Below, in pieces: positions 1 to 8,194 of a DNA stretch of 24,316 nucleotides. The stretch spans positions 1-24,316 of the IMG/VR virus record IMGVR_UViG_3300032216_001521, one strand, 5' to 3'. The position numbers and the translations under genes were made by a program. The first letter of the stretch is position 1, and each line of letters opens with the position of its first letter. Source of the stretch: a virus. Its lineage: Duplodnaviria > Caudoviricetes. The notes beneath the pieces are model-generated. The model was not told the DNA's origin, made no database searches, and was given only the letters and a program-made list of their open reading frames with translations.

Positions 1-49
1 ATTTGGTGGTAAAAAGGCTCCACCAGCAGCACCACAACCGTTGATATGA
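1..49 (+). CDS. 3' end of an upstream gene (partial, ...FGGKKAPPAAPQPLI*)
   Basis: Open frame from base 2 to TGA 47-49, overlapping the next ATG (ATGA). Confidence 0.55.
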   Translation, partial: FGGKKAPPAAPQPLI

Positions 50-165
50 AAAACGTAGAATCATTTTTAACCAAACACCGCGTATGGCTAGAACTGTTGA
101 GAACCATAACAGCCGTAACGGTGTTAACTATCCAATTAGTGATTCTTACACACGTAGCAAAGTAA
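46..165 (+). CDS. small hydrophobic protein, 39 aa (MKNVESFLTKHRVWLELLRTITAVTVLTIQLVILTHVAK)
   Basis: Hand-translated and absent from the ORF track. ATGA coupling with the upstream stop; one C-terminal hydrophobic stretch; fills the gap before ORF 176. Confidence 0.6.
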   Translation: MKNVESFLTKHRVWLELLRTITAVTVLTIQLVILTHVAK

Positions 166-175
166 AGGAAACAAC

Positions 176-379
176 ATGAAACAACTCGTAGCATTATTAG
201 TATTGGTAGTGGCCGGCACAGCGTTTGCAGAAGCCGAAAAGAAAGAAGTATGTCATGATCGAGTGGACAAAGCTGGTAAGCCGGTCCTAGACAAGAAAAC
301 CGGAAAGCCTGCACAAGATTGCAAAGTAATCAAGGTACACAAGAAACTCGAAGGTACCGAGATACCAGTAAAGAAATAA
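176..379 (+). CDS. small secreted/periplasmic Lys-rich protein, 67 aa
   Basis: AAGGA SD; Sec signal peptide (MKQLVALLVLVVAGTAFA|E); two Cys. Confidence 0.8.
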   Translation: MKQLVALLVLVVAGTAFAEAEKKEVCHDRVDKAGKPVLDKKTGKPAQDCKVIKVHKKLEGTEIPVKK

Positions 380-386
380 TAAACCA

Positions 387-415
387 TTGACCTTCTAGTA
401 AATATATACTATACT
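387..415 (+). promoter_or_regulatory. sigma70-type promoter for dnaJ-clpA
   Basis: TTGACC (387-392), 17-nt spacer, TATACT (410-415). The spacer also contains GTAAATA, a late-box variant. Confidence 0.7.
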
Positions 416-435
416 AGTGTATATGGAAGGTATCA

Positions 436-1293
436 ATGAAAGATTATTTTAATATTTTAGGCGTAGATCGATCTGCGTCTGAAGATGAAATTAAAAAAGC
501 CTATAGAGGGCTAGCCATGAAACACCACCCAGATCGCGGTGGTGATTCCAGTAAGTTTCAAGAAATCGAAGAAGCCTATAGAGTATTGTCTGATCCCAAT
601 CAGCGTCAGCAATGGGAGCATCAATCTAGGCATCCATTTAATGGTGGCGGCCAACCGGGCGGTGGATTCCATTTCAACTTTGGCGGCGGTGGAATGGACA
701 TGAATGATCTATTCCGTAACTTTCACAACGGTGATCCATTTGATATTTTTAAACAGCAGCAGCGCCGTAATCGCGATCTAAGAATTGCCATACAGCTGGA
801 TCTAGCCAGCACATTAGAAAAACAAAATAAGACCATTAGCGTACAGCATCTAAATGGTCAGCGTCACGAATTAAATGTAGAAATTCCACGTGGTGCCAGA
901 GCCGGCATGCAAATGAAGTACAGCGGACATGGCGATAGATCCAATCCTGGCATTGAACCTGGTGACTTGTATATTGAATTTCAAATACAGCCGCACACTG
1001 AATTCCAAGTTGATGGTATAGATCTAGTTAAGAATGTGCTGCTGGATTGCTTAGATGCTATCACTGGAACCGAAGTGCTGATTAATGGATTAGATGGTAG
1101 ACAGTTCAGCTGGAACATACCAGCAGGCACACAAACAGGTGCTAGATTTAAAATATCCGGACAAGGGCTCTGGCATTTAGAGCACCCTGTTCGCGGCAAC
1201 ATAATTGCTGTGGTCACTGTGGTTGTCCCAACCGGACTAACTCAAGAGCAGAAGGCAGCAGTTGAAGAGCTCAAAACTAAAATTAAACAATAA
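436..1293 (+). CDS. dnaJ: DnaJ class II (CbpA-like) co-chaperone
   Basis: J-domain (DYFNILGV...IKKAYR.LAMKHHPDR, HPD motif), G/F-rich linker, C-terminal peptide-binding domains (GDLYI, G.GL), no Zn finger. Confidence 0.95.
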   Translation: MKDYFNILGVDRSASEDEIKKAYRGLAMKHHPDRGGDSSKFQEIEEAYRVLSDPNQRQQWEHQSRHPFNGGGQPGGGFHFNFGGGGMDMNDLFRNFHNGDPFDIFKQQQRRNRDLRIAIQLDLASTLEKQNKTISVQHLNGQRHELNVEIPRGARAGMQMKYSGHGDRSNPGIEPGDLYIEFQIQPHTEFQVDGIDLVKNVLLDCLDAITGTEVLINGLDGRQFSWNIPAGTQTGARFKISGQGLWHLEHPVRGNIIAVVTVVVPTGLTQEQKAAVEELKTKIKQ

Positions 1294-1301
1294 GGTAATA
1301 C

Positions 1302-3575
1302 ATGATAGTCCCCAATCCCGAAATTGAATTGGTAGTAAATGGTGCCACTGAACTGGCTAAGAAATATAATCATGAGTATGTGACTCTTGAGCATTTGTTT
1401 GCTGGCATGGTACAGTTTGAACCATTTAGGAACATATTGATCAAGTTTGGTGTTGATATCGAGGGACTGGATCGAGACATAACAGACTACTTGGAAAAAC
1501 TGAGTTTTATAGTCAGACCCAATACCGAAGGCGATCATCCAAAGAAAACACATTCTCTAGAGCGACTATTTAATCGTGCAGCCACACAGGTACTGTTCAG
1601 TGGACGTAATAATATCCTATTAATTGATATTTTCATGTGCATGACCAAGGAGACTAACAGTCATGCCAGTTATTTCATACTCAAATACGGTGTTGACCGA
1701 CAGGCATTTGTGAGTTTTTATACCAAAAACTATCAAGAAACTGTGGGTCGCAAAACAGCCCTTGTGCATCAAGCAGATGCAGTATTGGAAGAATACTGTA
1801 CAGACTTAAATCAAAGAGCACGTGAAAATAAGATCGATCCCATCATTGGTAGAGAGTTTGAAATTGACGAGATCAGTCAAGTCTTGGCCAAGCGCAACAA
1901 GAGCAACGTGTTGCTGGTGGGAGACCCTGGTGTAGGCAAAACTGCCATTGCGGAAGGACTAGCACGTAATATCGTCAATGGCTTGGTGCCAGACTACCTC
2001 AAGAGCTATACTGTCTACAACTTGGACATAGGTAGCTTGCTGGCAGGCAGTAAGTATCGCGGCGAATTTGAAGAAAAGCTCAAGGATGTTATCAATGCCT
2101 TGGGCGTTAAAGGAAAAACCATCTTGTTCATTGACGAGGCACACCAAATGCGTGGTGCTGGATCCGGTAGCCAAAGCAGCGTGGATTTTGCCAACATGAT
2201 TAAACCGGCGCTGACCAAGGGCACTATCAAGGTTATCGCGTCAACTACCTGGGAAGAATACACACAGAGTTTTGAAAAGGATCGCGCACTCATGCGCAGG
2301 TTCTATAGGCTCACTGTAGAGGAGCCCACCCCGGCAGTGGCACGCGATATCCTACGCGGCTTGAAATCGCACTTTGAAGAATTCCACTTGGGCAAGATCA
2401 GCGACGATGCTATTGATGCTGCCGTAGAACTCAGTGTGCGCTACCAGACTGATAAGAAACTGCCCGATAAAGCCATTGACTTAGTTGATACAGCAGCGGC
2501 CAAATTGAAGATTGCCGGTGGCGAGTTTACAGTACAACGCAGCAACATTATTGATGTATTGAGTAGACTGACCAAGATACCAATTGACCAAATTGGCACT
2601 GAAGCTACTGCCAGTCTTGCCGGTTTGGAATCTAATGTCAAAGAAAAGCTATACGGTCAAGACACAGTGGTTGACAGTGTGCTGGAAAAGATCTATGTGG
2701 CCAAAGCTGGACTCAAGAGTCTTAACAAGCCAATTGGTAACTTCCTGTTCCTAGGACCCACTGGTACTGGCAAGACCGAGTTGGCCAAACTGCTGGCAGA
2801 GAATCTCAGCATGAAACTGCTGCGCTATGACATGAGCGAGTATCAAGAGCGTCACAGCATTGCCAAATTGATTGGTGCTCCACCGGGCTACGTGGGCTAT
2901 GAAGATGGCAACCTAGCCGGCGGTGTGTTGATTTCTGCACTGGAAAAGAGTCCCAACAGCATCATTCTGTTTGATGAGATCGAAAAAGCACATCCCGATG
3001 TTAGCAACCTACTGCTACAGGTCATGGACGAGGGATTTATCACTGCCAGTAATGGTAAGAAAGCAGATGCACGTAACTGTATCGTGATACTGACCAGCAA
3101 CTTGGGTGCATCTGACAACGAACGCAACAACATTGGTTTTGGACGCGACTTTGAAAAGACTGACGAGGATACTCGCGCAGTCAAAGAGTTCTTCAAGCCC
3201 GAGTTCCGTAATAGACTGGATGCTATTTGTAAATTCAATCGACTAGACAGATTCAGCATGAAGAAGATTGTTGCCAAGTTCCTAGCCGAAATGAATGACC
3301 TGTTAGTGGAAAAACAGATACGCATGCGATTCAGCGAAGCCCTAGTTGAGCACTTGGTAGAAAAGGGATTTGACAGCAAAATGGGCGCACGACCCTTGGC
3401 TAAAACCATAAATGATTTGATCAAAGTGCCCGTAAGCAAGCGAATACTGTTTGACAATATTGCGCCAGGGTCTATAATAGCAGTAGACGCAGTTGACGGT
3501 GCTGTTGTATTTGACACCATCGTGCCTGCAGAACTACTGATTGCTAGTACATATGATCAATTACCCATGGCGTGA
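1302..3575 (+). CDS. clpA: ClpA-like Hsp100 AAA+ unfoldase
   Basis: Clp N-domain (HEYVTLEHL); Walker A GDPGVGKT and GPTGTGKT; Walker B LFIDE and LFDEIEKAHPD; pore loops KYRGEFE and PPGYVGY; IGF ClpP-docking loop; 757 aa with no ClpB middle coiled coil. Confidence 0.93.
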   Translation: MIVPNPEIELVVNGATELAKKYNHEYVTLEHLFAGMVQFEPFRNILIKFGVDIEGLDRDITDYLEKLSFIVRPNTEGDHPKKTHSLERLFNRAATQVLFSGRNNILLIDIFMCMTKETNSHASYFILKYGVDRQAFVSFYTKNYQETVGRKTALVHQADAVLEEYCTDLNQRARENKIDPIIGREFEIDEISQVLAKRNKSNVLLVGDPGVGKTAIAEGLARNIVNGLVPDYLKSYTVYNLDIGSLLAGSKYRGEFEEKLKDVINALGVKGKTILFIDEAHQMRGAGSGSQSSVDFANMIKPALTKGTIKVIASTTWEEYTQSFEKDRALMRRFYRLTVEEPTPAVARDILRGLKSHFEEFHLGKISDDAIDAAVELSVRYQTDKKLPDKAIDLVDTAAAKLKIAGGEFTVQRSNIIDVLSRLTKIPIDQIGTEATASLAGLESNVKEKLYGQDTVVDSVLEKIYVAKAGLKSLNKPIGNFLFLGPTGTGKTELAKLLAENLSMKLLRYDMSEYQERHSIAKLIGAPPGYVGYEDGNLAGGVLISALEKSPNSIILFDEIEKAHPDVSNLLLQVMDEGFITASNGKKADARNCIVILTSNLGASDNERNNIGFGRDFEKTDEDTRAVKEFFKPEFRNRLDAICKFNRLDRFSMKKIVAKFLAEMNDLLVEKQIRMRFSEALVEHLVEKGFDSKMGARPLAKTINDLIKVPVSKRILFDNIAPGSIIAVDAVDGAVVFDTIVPAELLIASTYDQLPMA

Positions 3576-4281
3576 CGTCAACCCATGTGTCGATTTTGTT
3601 GACACCAGAAAGAAGTTTTTCAATAAATTCTGCTATGCCGCGGTATACAAGTGCCCAGGCGGTCGTATTATACGGCTAGCAAAAAGCGTAGACGATATTG
3701 GGCCAATGGCTCAACGTCGTTACGATAGCGATCAATTGATGGCCAAGCACTCGATATGGAATCGTGATCACTATCTCAATCCCGGTGATATTGATCAACA
3801 ACAAATATTGGCTTTTTTTGATATCAAGCATAACAAATCGTCAAATATCTGTGTAAGGATAGAAGAACCATTTGTCAGGGTATATGGCGAAACAGAACAA
3901 GAGCTGTACGAGCTTGCCAATAACGAATTGGCACAATGGAGGAGCAAGTTGCTTGAGCTGCACCGGCCGGCAGATGCTGTCTCTAAGGCAGCATTGGACT
4001 GTGGCAGTATTGTGATGAAAAATCATAACGGATACCGTTATAAGTTTATACTGCGTGATGGCTGCTACATGGAAGAAAACAAACTGGCCCTAGCCAACTA
4101 TCTCGATCAATTGGGCGACTTGGTAAAGGTATCAAAAACTGTACGCCTGAGTCTAAACCGCGACAGCAAGTACATGTGGCGCGCCTGGTTCTACAGCAAC
4201 GATTATCATATCAAAACCATGATTGATATCATTGCGCCGGGCGCGGTATCAAATATTCACGAGGTCACTTCCAGCAAATAA
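3553..4281 (+). CDS. hypothetical protein (~242 aa)
   Basis: Long ORF in operon orientation; ATG 3553 preferred over TTG 3541; no motif recognised. Confidence 0.75.
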   Translation: MINYPWRDVNPCVDFVDTRKKFFNKFCYAAVYKCPGGRIIRLAKSVDDIGPMAQRRYDSDQLMAKHSIWNRDHYLNPGDIDQQQILAFFDIKHNKSSNICVRIEEPFVRVYGETEQELYELANNELAQWRSKLLELHRPADAVSKAALDCGSIVMKNHNGYRYKFILRDGCYMEENKLALANYLDQLGDLVKVSKTVRLSLNRDSKYMWRAWFYSNDYHIKTMIDIIAPGAVSNIHEVTSSK

Positions 4282-4284
4282 ATA
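4278..4284 (+). promoter_or_regulatory. late-type promoter box ATAAATA
   Basis: Matches the T4 late consensus TATAAATA at 7/8; overlaps the TAA stop of the upstream gene; 20 nt before ATG 4305. Confidence 0.6.
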
Positions 4285-4304
4285 TCTATATCAAAGGAAC
4301 AGCA

Positions 4305-4472
4305 ATGGCAAAAATCATAGAAGATGTATTAGTTATCAAATTTAGCTCACTGGTCAAAGACGGTGCAGCCGAACAGACTACTTGTATTAGCGGAGACCTA
4401 ATAGCCGCACTCGAGCAAGTGGCCCAGGAACTGGTAGGTACCGGTGTCGTAGTCGAAGTAGTAAGCGAATAA
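4305..4472 (+). CDS. small hypothetical protein, 55 aa (MAKIIEDVLVIKFSSLVKDG...ALEQVAQELVGTGVVVEVVSE)
   Basis: Hand-translated and absent from the track; AAGGA SD; fills the intergenic gap. Confidence 0.8.
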   Translation: MAKIIEDVLVIKFSSLVKDGAAEQTTCISGDLIAALEQVAQELVGTGVVVEVVSE

Positions 4473-4495
4473 TCAATTAACCTAGAAAGCAATCA

Positions 4496-5350
4496 ATGAC
4501 CGAAGAAACCAACAACCCCATCGATCTCCCAGGAACCAGTGCCACAGACGTGGTACAAAAGATCCAGGACTTAATGAAAAAGCAGGCTGGCGGCAATAAC
4601 GCCCAACAACAGCAGGCACAACAGGGCCCTCCTTACGATTTCAGTAAGATACACATCCACATTGGTATCCCCTGCTACGGTGGCATGTGCAGTGAGCCTA
4701 CTATGACCAGCTTGTTGCGTTTTATCCTAATGGCACAGCGCAGTGGCCTAAACTGGAGCCTAGACACCATGGTCAACGAGAGCTTGATCACTCGTGGGCG
4801 CAACAACTTGATGGCCAAGATGATGACCAATGAAAAGGCCACTCACTTCATGTTCATTGATGCTGACATCCGTTTCCAACCTGAGAGCATTTTCCAGATG
4901 CTGGCTTACGAAAAAGACGTCATTGGCGGCTTGTACCCTAAGAAAAGTATCCCCAGCAACTATGTTATCAACTTGTTGCCACAAACCAAGATCCAAGGCG
5001 ATATCTTTACAGTAGACACCATGGGCACTGGCTTCTTGATCTTCAAGCGTAGTGTGTATGAGCGATTGATTGCTGCACACCCTGAGAGCAAGTATGTGGA
5101 CGATGTGGGCTTGGGCAAGCAGTACGAGCCCATGATGTACGCTATTTTTGACACTGCCATTGACGAAAAAGGTCACTATCTCAGTGAAGATTGGCTATTC
5201 TGCCGACGCTGGCAAACCATTGGTGGCGAGATCTGGGCGCACAGCAAGACCCTGTTGAACCACGTGGGACACTATGAATACCTAGGCGACTTGAGCAAGA
5301 TGCCTGACTTCAGCAAGGCTGCACCAGTTCCGGAAACGGCGCCTGCTTAA
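4496..5350 (+). CDS. glycosyltransferase-like protein (GT-A fold)
   Basis: HIGIPCYGG start, ESLITRGRN, DxD motif in HFMFIDADI, GTGF, YLSEDWLFCRRW, HVG. Confidence 0.8.
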   Translation: MTEETNNPIDLPGTSATDVVQKIQDLMKKQAGGNNAQQQQAQQGPPYDFSKIHIHIGIPCYGGMCSEPTMTSLLRFILMAQRSGLNWSLDTMVNESLITRGRNNLMAKMMTNEKATHFMFIDADIRFQPESIFQMLAYEKDVIGGLYPKKSIPSNYVINLLPQTKIQGDIFTVDTMGTGFLIFKRSVYERLIAAHPESKYVDDVGLGKQYEPMMYAIFDTAIDEKGHYLSEDWLFCRRWQTIGGEIWAHSKTLLNHVGHYEYLGDLSKMPDFSKAAPVPETAPA

Positions 5351-5361
5351 ATCAAATAATA

Positions 5362-5369
5362 CATAAATA
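5362..5369 (+). promoter_or_regulatory. late-type promoter box CATAAATA
   Basis: Intergenic, 19 nt before ATG 5389. Confidence 0.65.
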
Positions 5370-5388
5370 CAGCAATAACCTTTACTAT

Positions 5389-6021
5389 ATGTTTATTGCT
5401 GAATTATTTGAAGATACCCATGAAACCGAAGACGTCCTGGTAATCTATCCAGGGCGTTTTCAGCCTTTTCATAAAGGACATTTTGCCGTTTACAACAGGC
5501 TGGTCCGACTATACGGACGTGACCGTGTGTTTATTGCTACCAGCAACAAGGTAGAACCTCCCCGCAGTCCATTTAGTTTTAGCGATAAAGCACAGTTCAT
5601 GGCCCTGACTGGGGTACACCTAGACCGTGTAATAGAGAGTAGCCAGCCCTATCGTGCCATAGAAATAGTAGGCCGGTACGATCCTGCTAGAACACGATTG
5701 ATTTTTGCAGTAAGCGAAAAAGACATGGCCGAAGATCCTAGATTCTCCAGCTGGGTCAAGAAGGATGGCACACCTGCTTACTTCCAACCCATGCCCCGAG
5801 ACAATCAGCCCATGACCACACTAGATCATCATGCCTATATACTCACAGTACCCACAGTAGAATTCACTGTATTAGGCGAACCTATGCAAAGTGCTACACA
5901 GATACGTGCTCGATTTGCAGCCAGCGATGCTAACACACAAAAACGCATAGTACAGGACCTGTTTGGCGGCTATAATGATGCTGTCATGGCCATTATGCAG
6001 CACAAACTTGCAGGCGTATAA
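5389..6021 (+). CDS. cytidylyltransferase-like (HIGH-family) nucleotidyltransferase, NMNAT-like
   Basis: YPGRFQPFHKGH (HxGH motif), SPFSF, and SATQIR (KMSKS-equivalent). Confidence 0.8.
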   Translation: MFIAELFEDTHETEDVLVIYPGRFQPFHKGHFAVYNRLVRLYGRDRVFIATSNKVEPPRSPFSFSDKAQFMALTGVHLDRVIESSQPYRAIEIVGRYDPARTRLIFAVSEKDMAEDPRFSSWVKKDGTPAYFQPMPRDNQPMTTLDHHAYILTVPTVEFTVLGEPMQSATQIRARFAASDANTQKRIVQDLFGGYNDAVMAIMQHKLAGV

Positions 6022-6024
6022 ATA
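6017..6024 (+). promoter_or_regulatory. late promoter TATAAATA
   Basis: Exact T4 late consensus; contains the upstream TAA stop. Confidence 0.75.
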
Positions 6025-6043
6025 TTACTAACCCATTAAAATT

Positions 6044-6433
6044 ATGAAAAAATCCGACTTTGTTAAAGAAAACCTGGTGCTGCAAGACAATGGCATGCAG
6101 AGAGATCACGAAGTGCAGATGGCACGTGAAGAGTGCTATCACATTGCCAGCAACGCAATCGCGCTACACAAGCTGTTAAAGACTGTTAGCGAATCACATG
6201 GCCTAGATGGTTGGGTAGCTGAGAAAATCACTCTAGCCAACGACTATGTTAACACAGTCAAAGAATACTTAGAATACGAATTAAAAACCGGAAGCCCCAG
6301 TAGTGTTGCTACCTTAGGTGAAGATGGTGGCATGGGCGGCGTGTCTGCTGGTGCTACCACTGCTTCGAGCATTGCAGCAGCACCTCCCCGCAGCCTATTC
6401 CCTAAAAAAACGATTAAAAGGAAAATGAAATGA
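6044..6433 (+). CDS. hypothetical phage protein (DHEVQMAR...GWVAEKITLANDY helical module)
   Basis: ORF downstream of a late box, ATGA-coupled to the next gene. Confidence 0.8.
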   Translation: MKKSDFVKENLVLQDNGMQRDHEVQMAREECYHIASNAIALHKLLKTVSESHGLDGWVAEKITLANDYVNTVKEYLEYELKTGSPSSVATLGEDGGMGGVSAGATTASSIAAAPPRSLFPKKTIKRKMK

Positions 6434-8184
6434 GCAACAACAGCGACATGATTCGAATGCTGCGACTGGTAGAAGGTCAGCAGTTTGCAGGCTTACCAGA
6501 ACAACAGCCAGGCGACCAAGTGCGTGGCACAGAACGGGCTGTTAAGAAAGGCGATCCACAACCATTCCACAATCGTTTAGTTGGCGAAGAAATCAGCTTG
6601 GAAGATAAACTGGCCAAGAAGTATCAGGACATGAAGGACCTGCATGGCAAGGAAGTATCTGAGATGGACAAATCGCAAACACCCCCAGGCCGTGATGGCG
6701 ATCCTCGTCCTGGTCCAGAACGTGTAGCAACGCCAATAACACCAGAAAAAATGGTCAACCACGCGCTTGATACACTTTCCAAATCAATGGCTAAAAAAGA
6801 TGACAAGAAAAAAGATGTGTCAGAAGAACAAATCAATGAGTATGTCCCGGGCGACCTCGGAGTATACATAGCCGCTGCATTTGCAGCCGGTAAAGCCGGG
6901 GAAGCTGCTTACGACTGGGCAAAACAAAAATGGAAAGAGCATCAATTAAAGAACTCGGCCAAAGGCTCTAATTACAGTATGGCGGAAGGCGCCAACCGAG
7001 TTGATTCAATTGTCACTGACGCAGTAAAATTTATGAAAGGTTCAACAGTGAGTGATGCTGTACTAGCACTAAAGAGAGTGTTAGGCGATAGAGCATATAA
7101 TGAGCGCCGCGGCTTTTATAGTTTCTATGTTGATCAAATTCTTGATATGTATAATCAACAAGGCTTGGCGGAAGGCAACATGCCACAGTCAGTAATCCGA
7201 AGCAAACAAAAGTATGCTGACATGACTGACCAAGAATTCCATGCTGCACACAAGAATAAATCCGCTGAAGAATTACAGGCCATGGCTCAGCGTCATGGCT
7301 ACGGCAAAGGCAGCAATCACTATGTAGCCAAACACAAAAAAGGCGCAACAGTGACCGAAGGGCAAGAAGAAATTGAATACATCTGTTCAGGTTGCAGCGG
7401 ATCGGGCGAAGGCCCACACGAAGGTACTACCTGCAGAACCTGCCATGGTAGTGGTGTAGAAATGGGTTATGCAGATGAGCCAGCACACGATCACGATCAT
7501 GAAGAAGAATTAGATGAGTTATCAATCAATACTTTAAACAGAGTGCATGGTGCCGCGGTGCGGGATGCTGACAATTACACACGCGATGGTGATGAAGTGC
7601 GAGCACAGAAACGATATGACCTTGCAGGTAGAGCAAGCAATCAAGCCGAATTAAAAAAGAGAGCAGCAGGATTACCCCCATCCGGTCAACATGAATTAGA
7701 CGAAGATCAAAATGAAAATCCCATGTATGATGCTGCGCTACGCAGGATCATGATGCGTCACATGGACCTAATAGAAAAGTACGGTCTTGATCGTTTGCTG
7801 GATGCTGTGCGCGATGTCACAGACAGCATGCACTACGGACCAGACGATGAAATTGGTACCAGTGATGTCAGTGCCGTAATGGTTAATGTGATGAATCAAT
7901 TGAAGTCGTCGGACCATACTATCGATGAGGAAAACATACCAGCCGGTAATATCAATGCCAGCGGGTCACCAACAGTATCCAGTGGTCCTGCTCCAGTATC
8001 CGCTGGTGGCACTGCACCAACTACACCTAGCTCAACTGCGCCGGCCCCGGCAGCAACCACTGCACCTACCCCGCCCGGACAGCAGCCGCCCATGACACCA
8101 GAAGAGTTGGCAGCATTGAATAAAATCAAAGCCAATGCTGGCTTAAAGGCCCAGTACGATAGACTGATGCAACAGGCACACTAG
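6430..8184 (+). CDS. modular polyprotein 1 (584 aa), putative head-packaged protein; contains a CxxCxGxG x2 Zn finger and a Pro/Thr-rich tail
   Basis: Short segments separated by hydrophobic-x-E motifs (LVE, VGE, VSE, INE, MAEG, GLAEG, VTE, LDE, IDE). Confidence 0.8.
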   Translation: MSNNSDMIRMLRLVEGQQFAGLPEQQPGDQVRGTERAVKKGDPQPFHNRLVGEEISLEDKLAKKYQDMKDLHGKEVSEMDKSQTPPGRDGDPRPGPERVATPITPEKMVNHALDTLSKSMAKKDDKKKDVSEEQINEYVPGDLGVYIAAAFAAGKAGEAAYDWAKQKWKEHQLKNSAKGSNYSMAEGANRVDSIVTDAVKFMKGSTVSDAVLALKRVLGDRAYNERRGFYSFYVDQILDMYNQQGLAEGNMPQSVIRSKQKYADMTDQEFHAAHKNKSAEELQAMAQRHGYGKGSNHYVAKHKKGATVTEGQEEIEYICSGCSGSGEGPHEGTTCRTCHGSGVEMGYADEPAHDHDHEEELDELSINTLNRVHGAAVRDADNYTRDGDEVRAQKRYDLAGRASNQAELKKRAAGLPPSGQHELDEDQNENPMYDAALRRIMMRHMDLIEKYGLDRLLDAVRDVTDSMHYGPDDEIGTSDVSAVMVNVMNQLKSSDHTIDEENIPAGNINASGSPTVSSGPAPVSAGGTAPTTPSSTAPAPAATTAPTPPGQQPPMTPEELAALNKIKANAGLKAQYDRLMQQAH

Positions 8185-8194
8185 AAAGTATACC

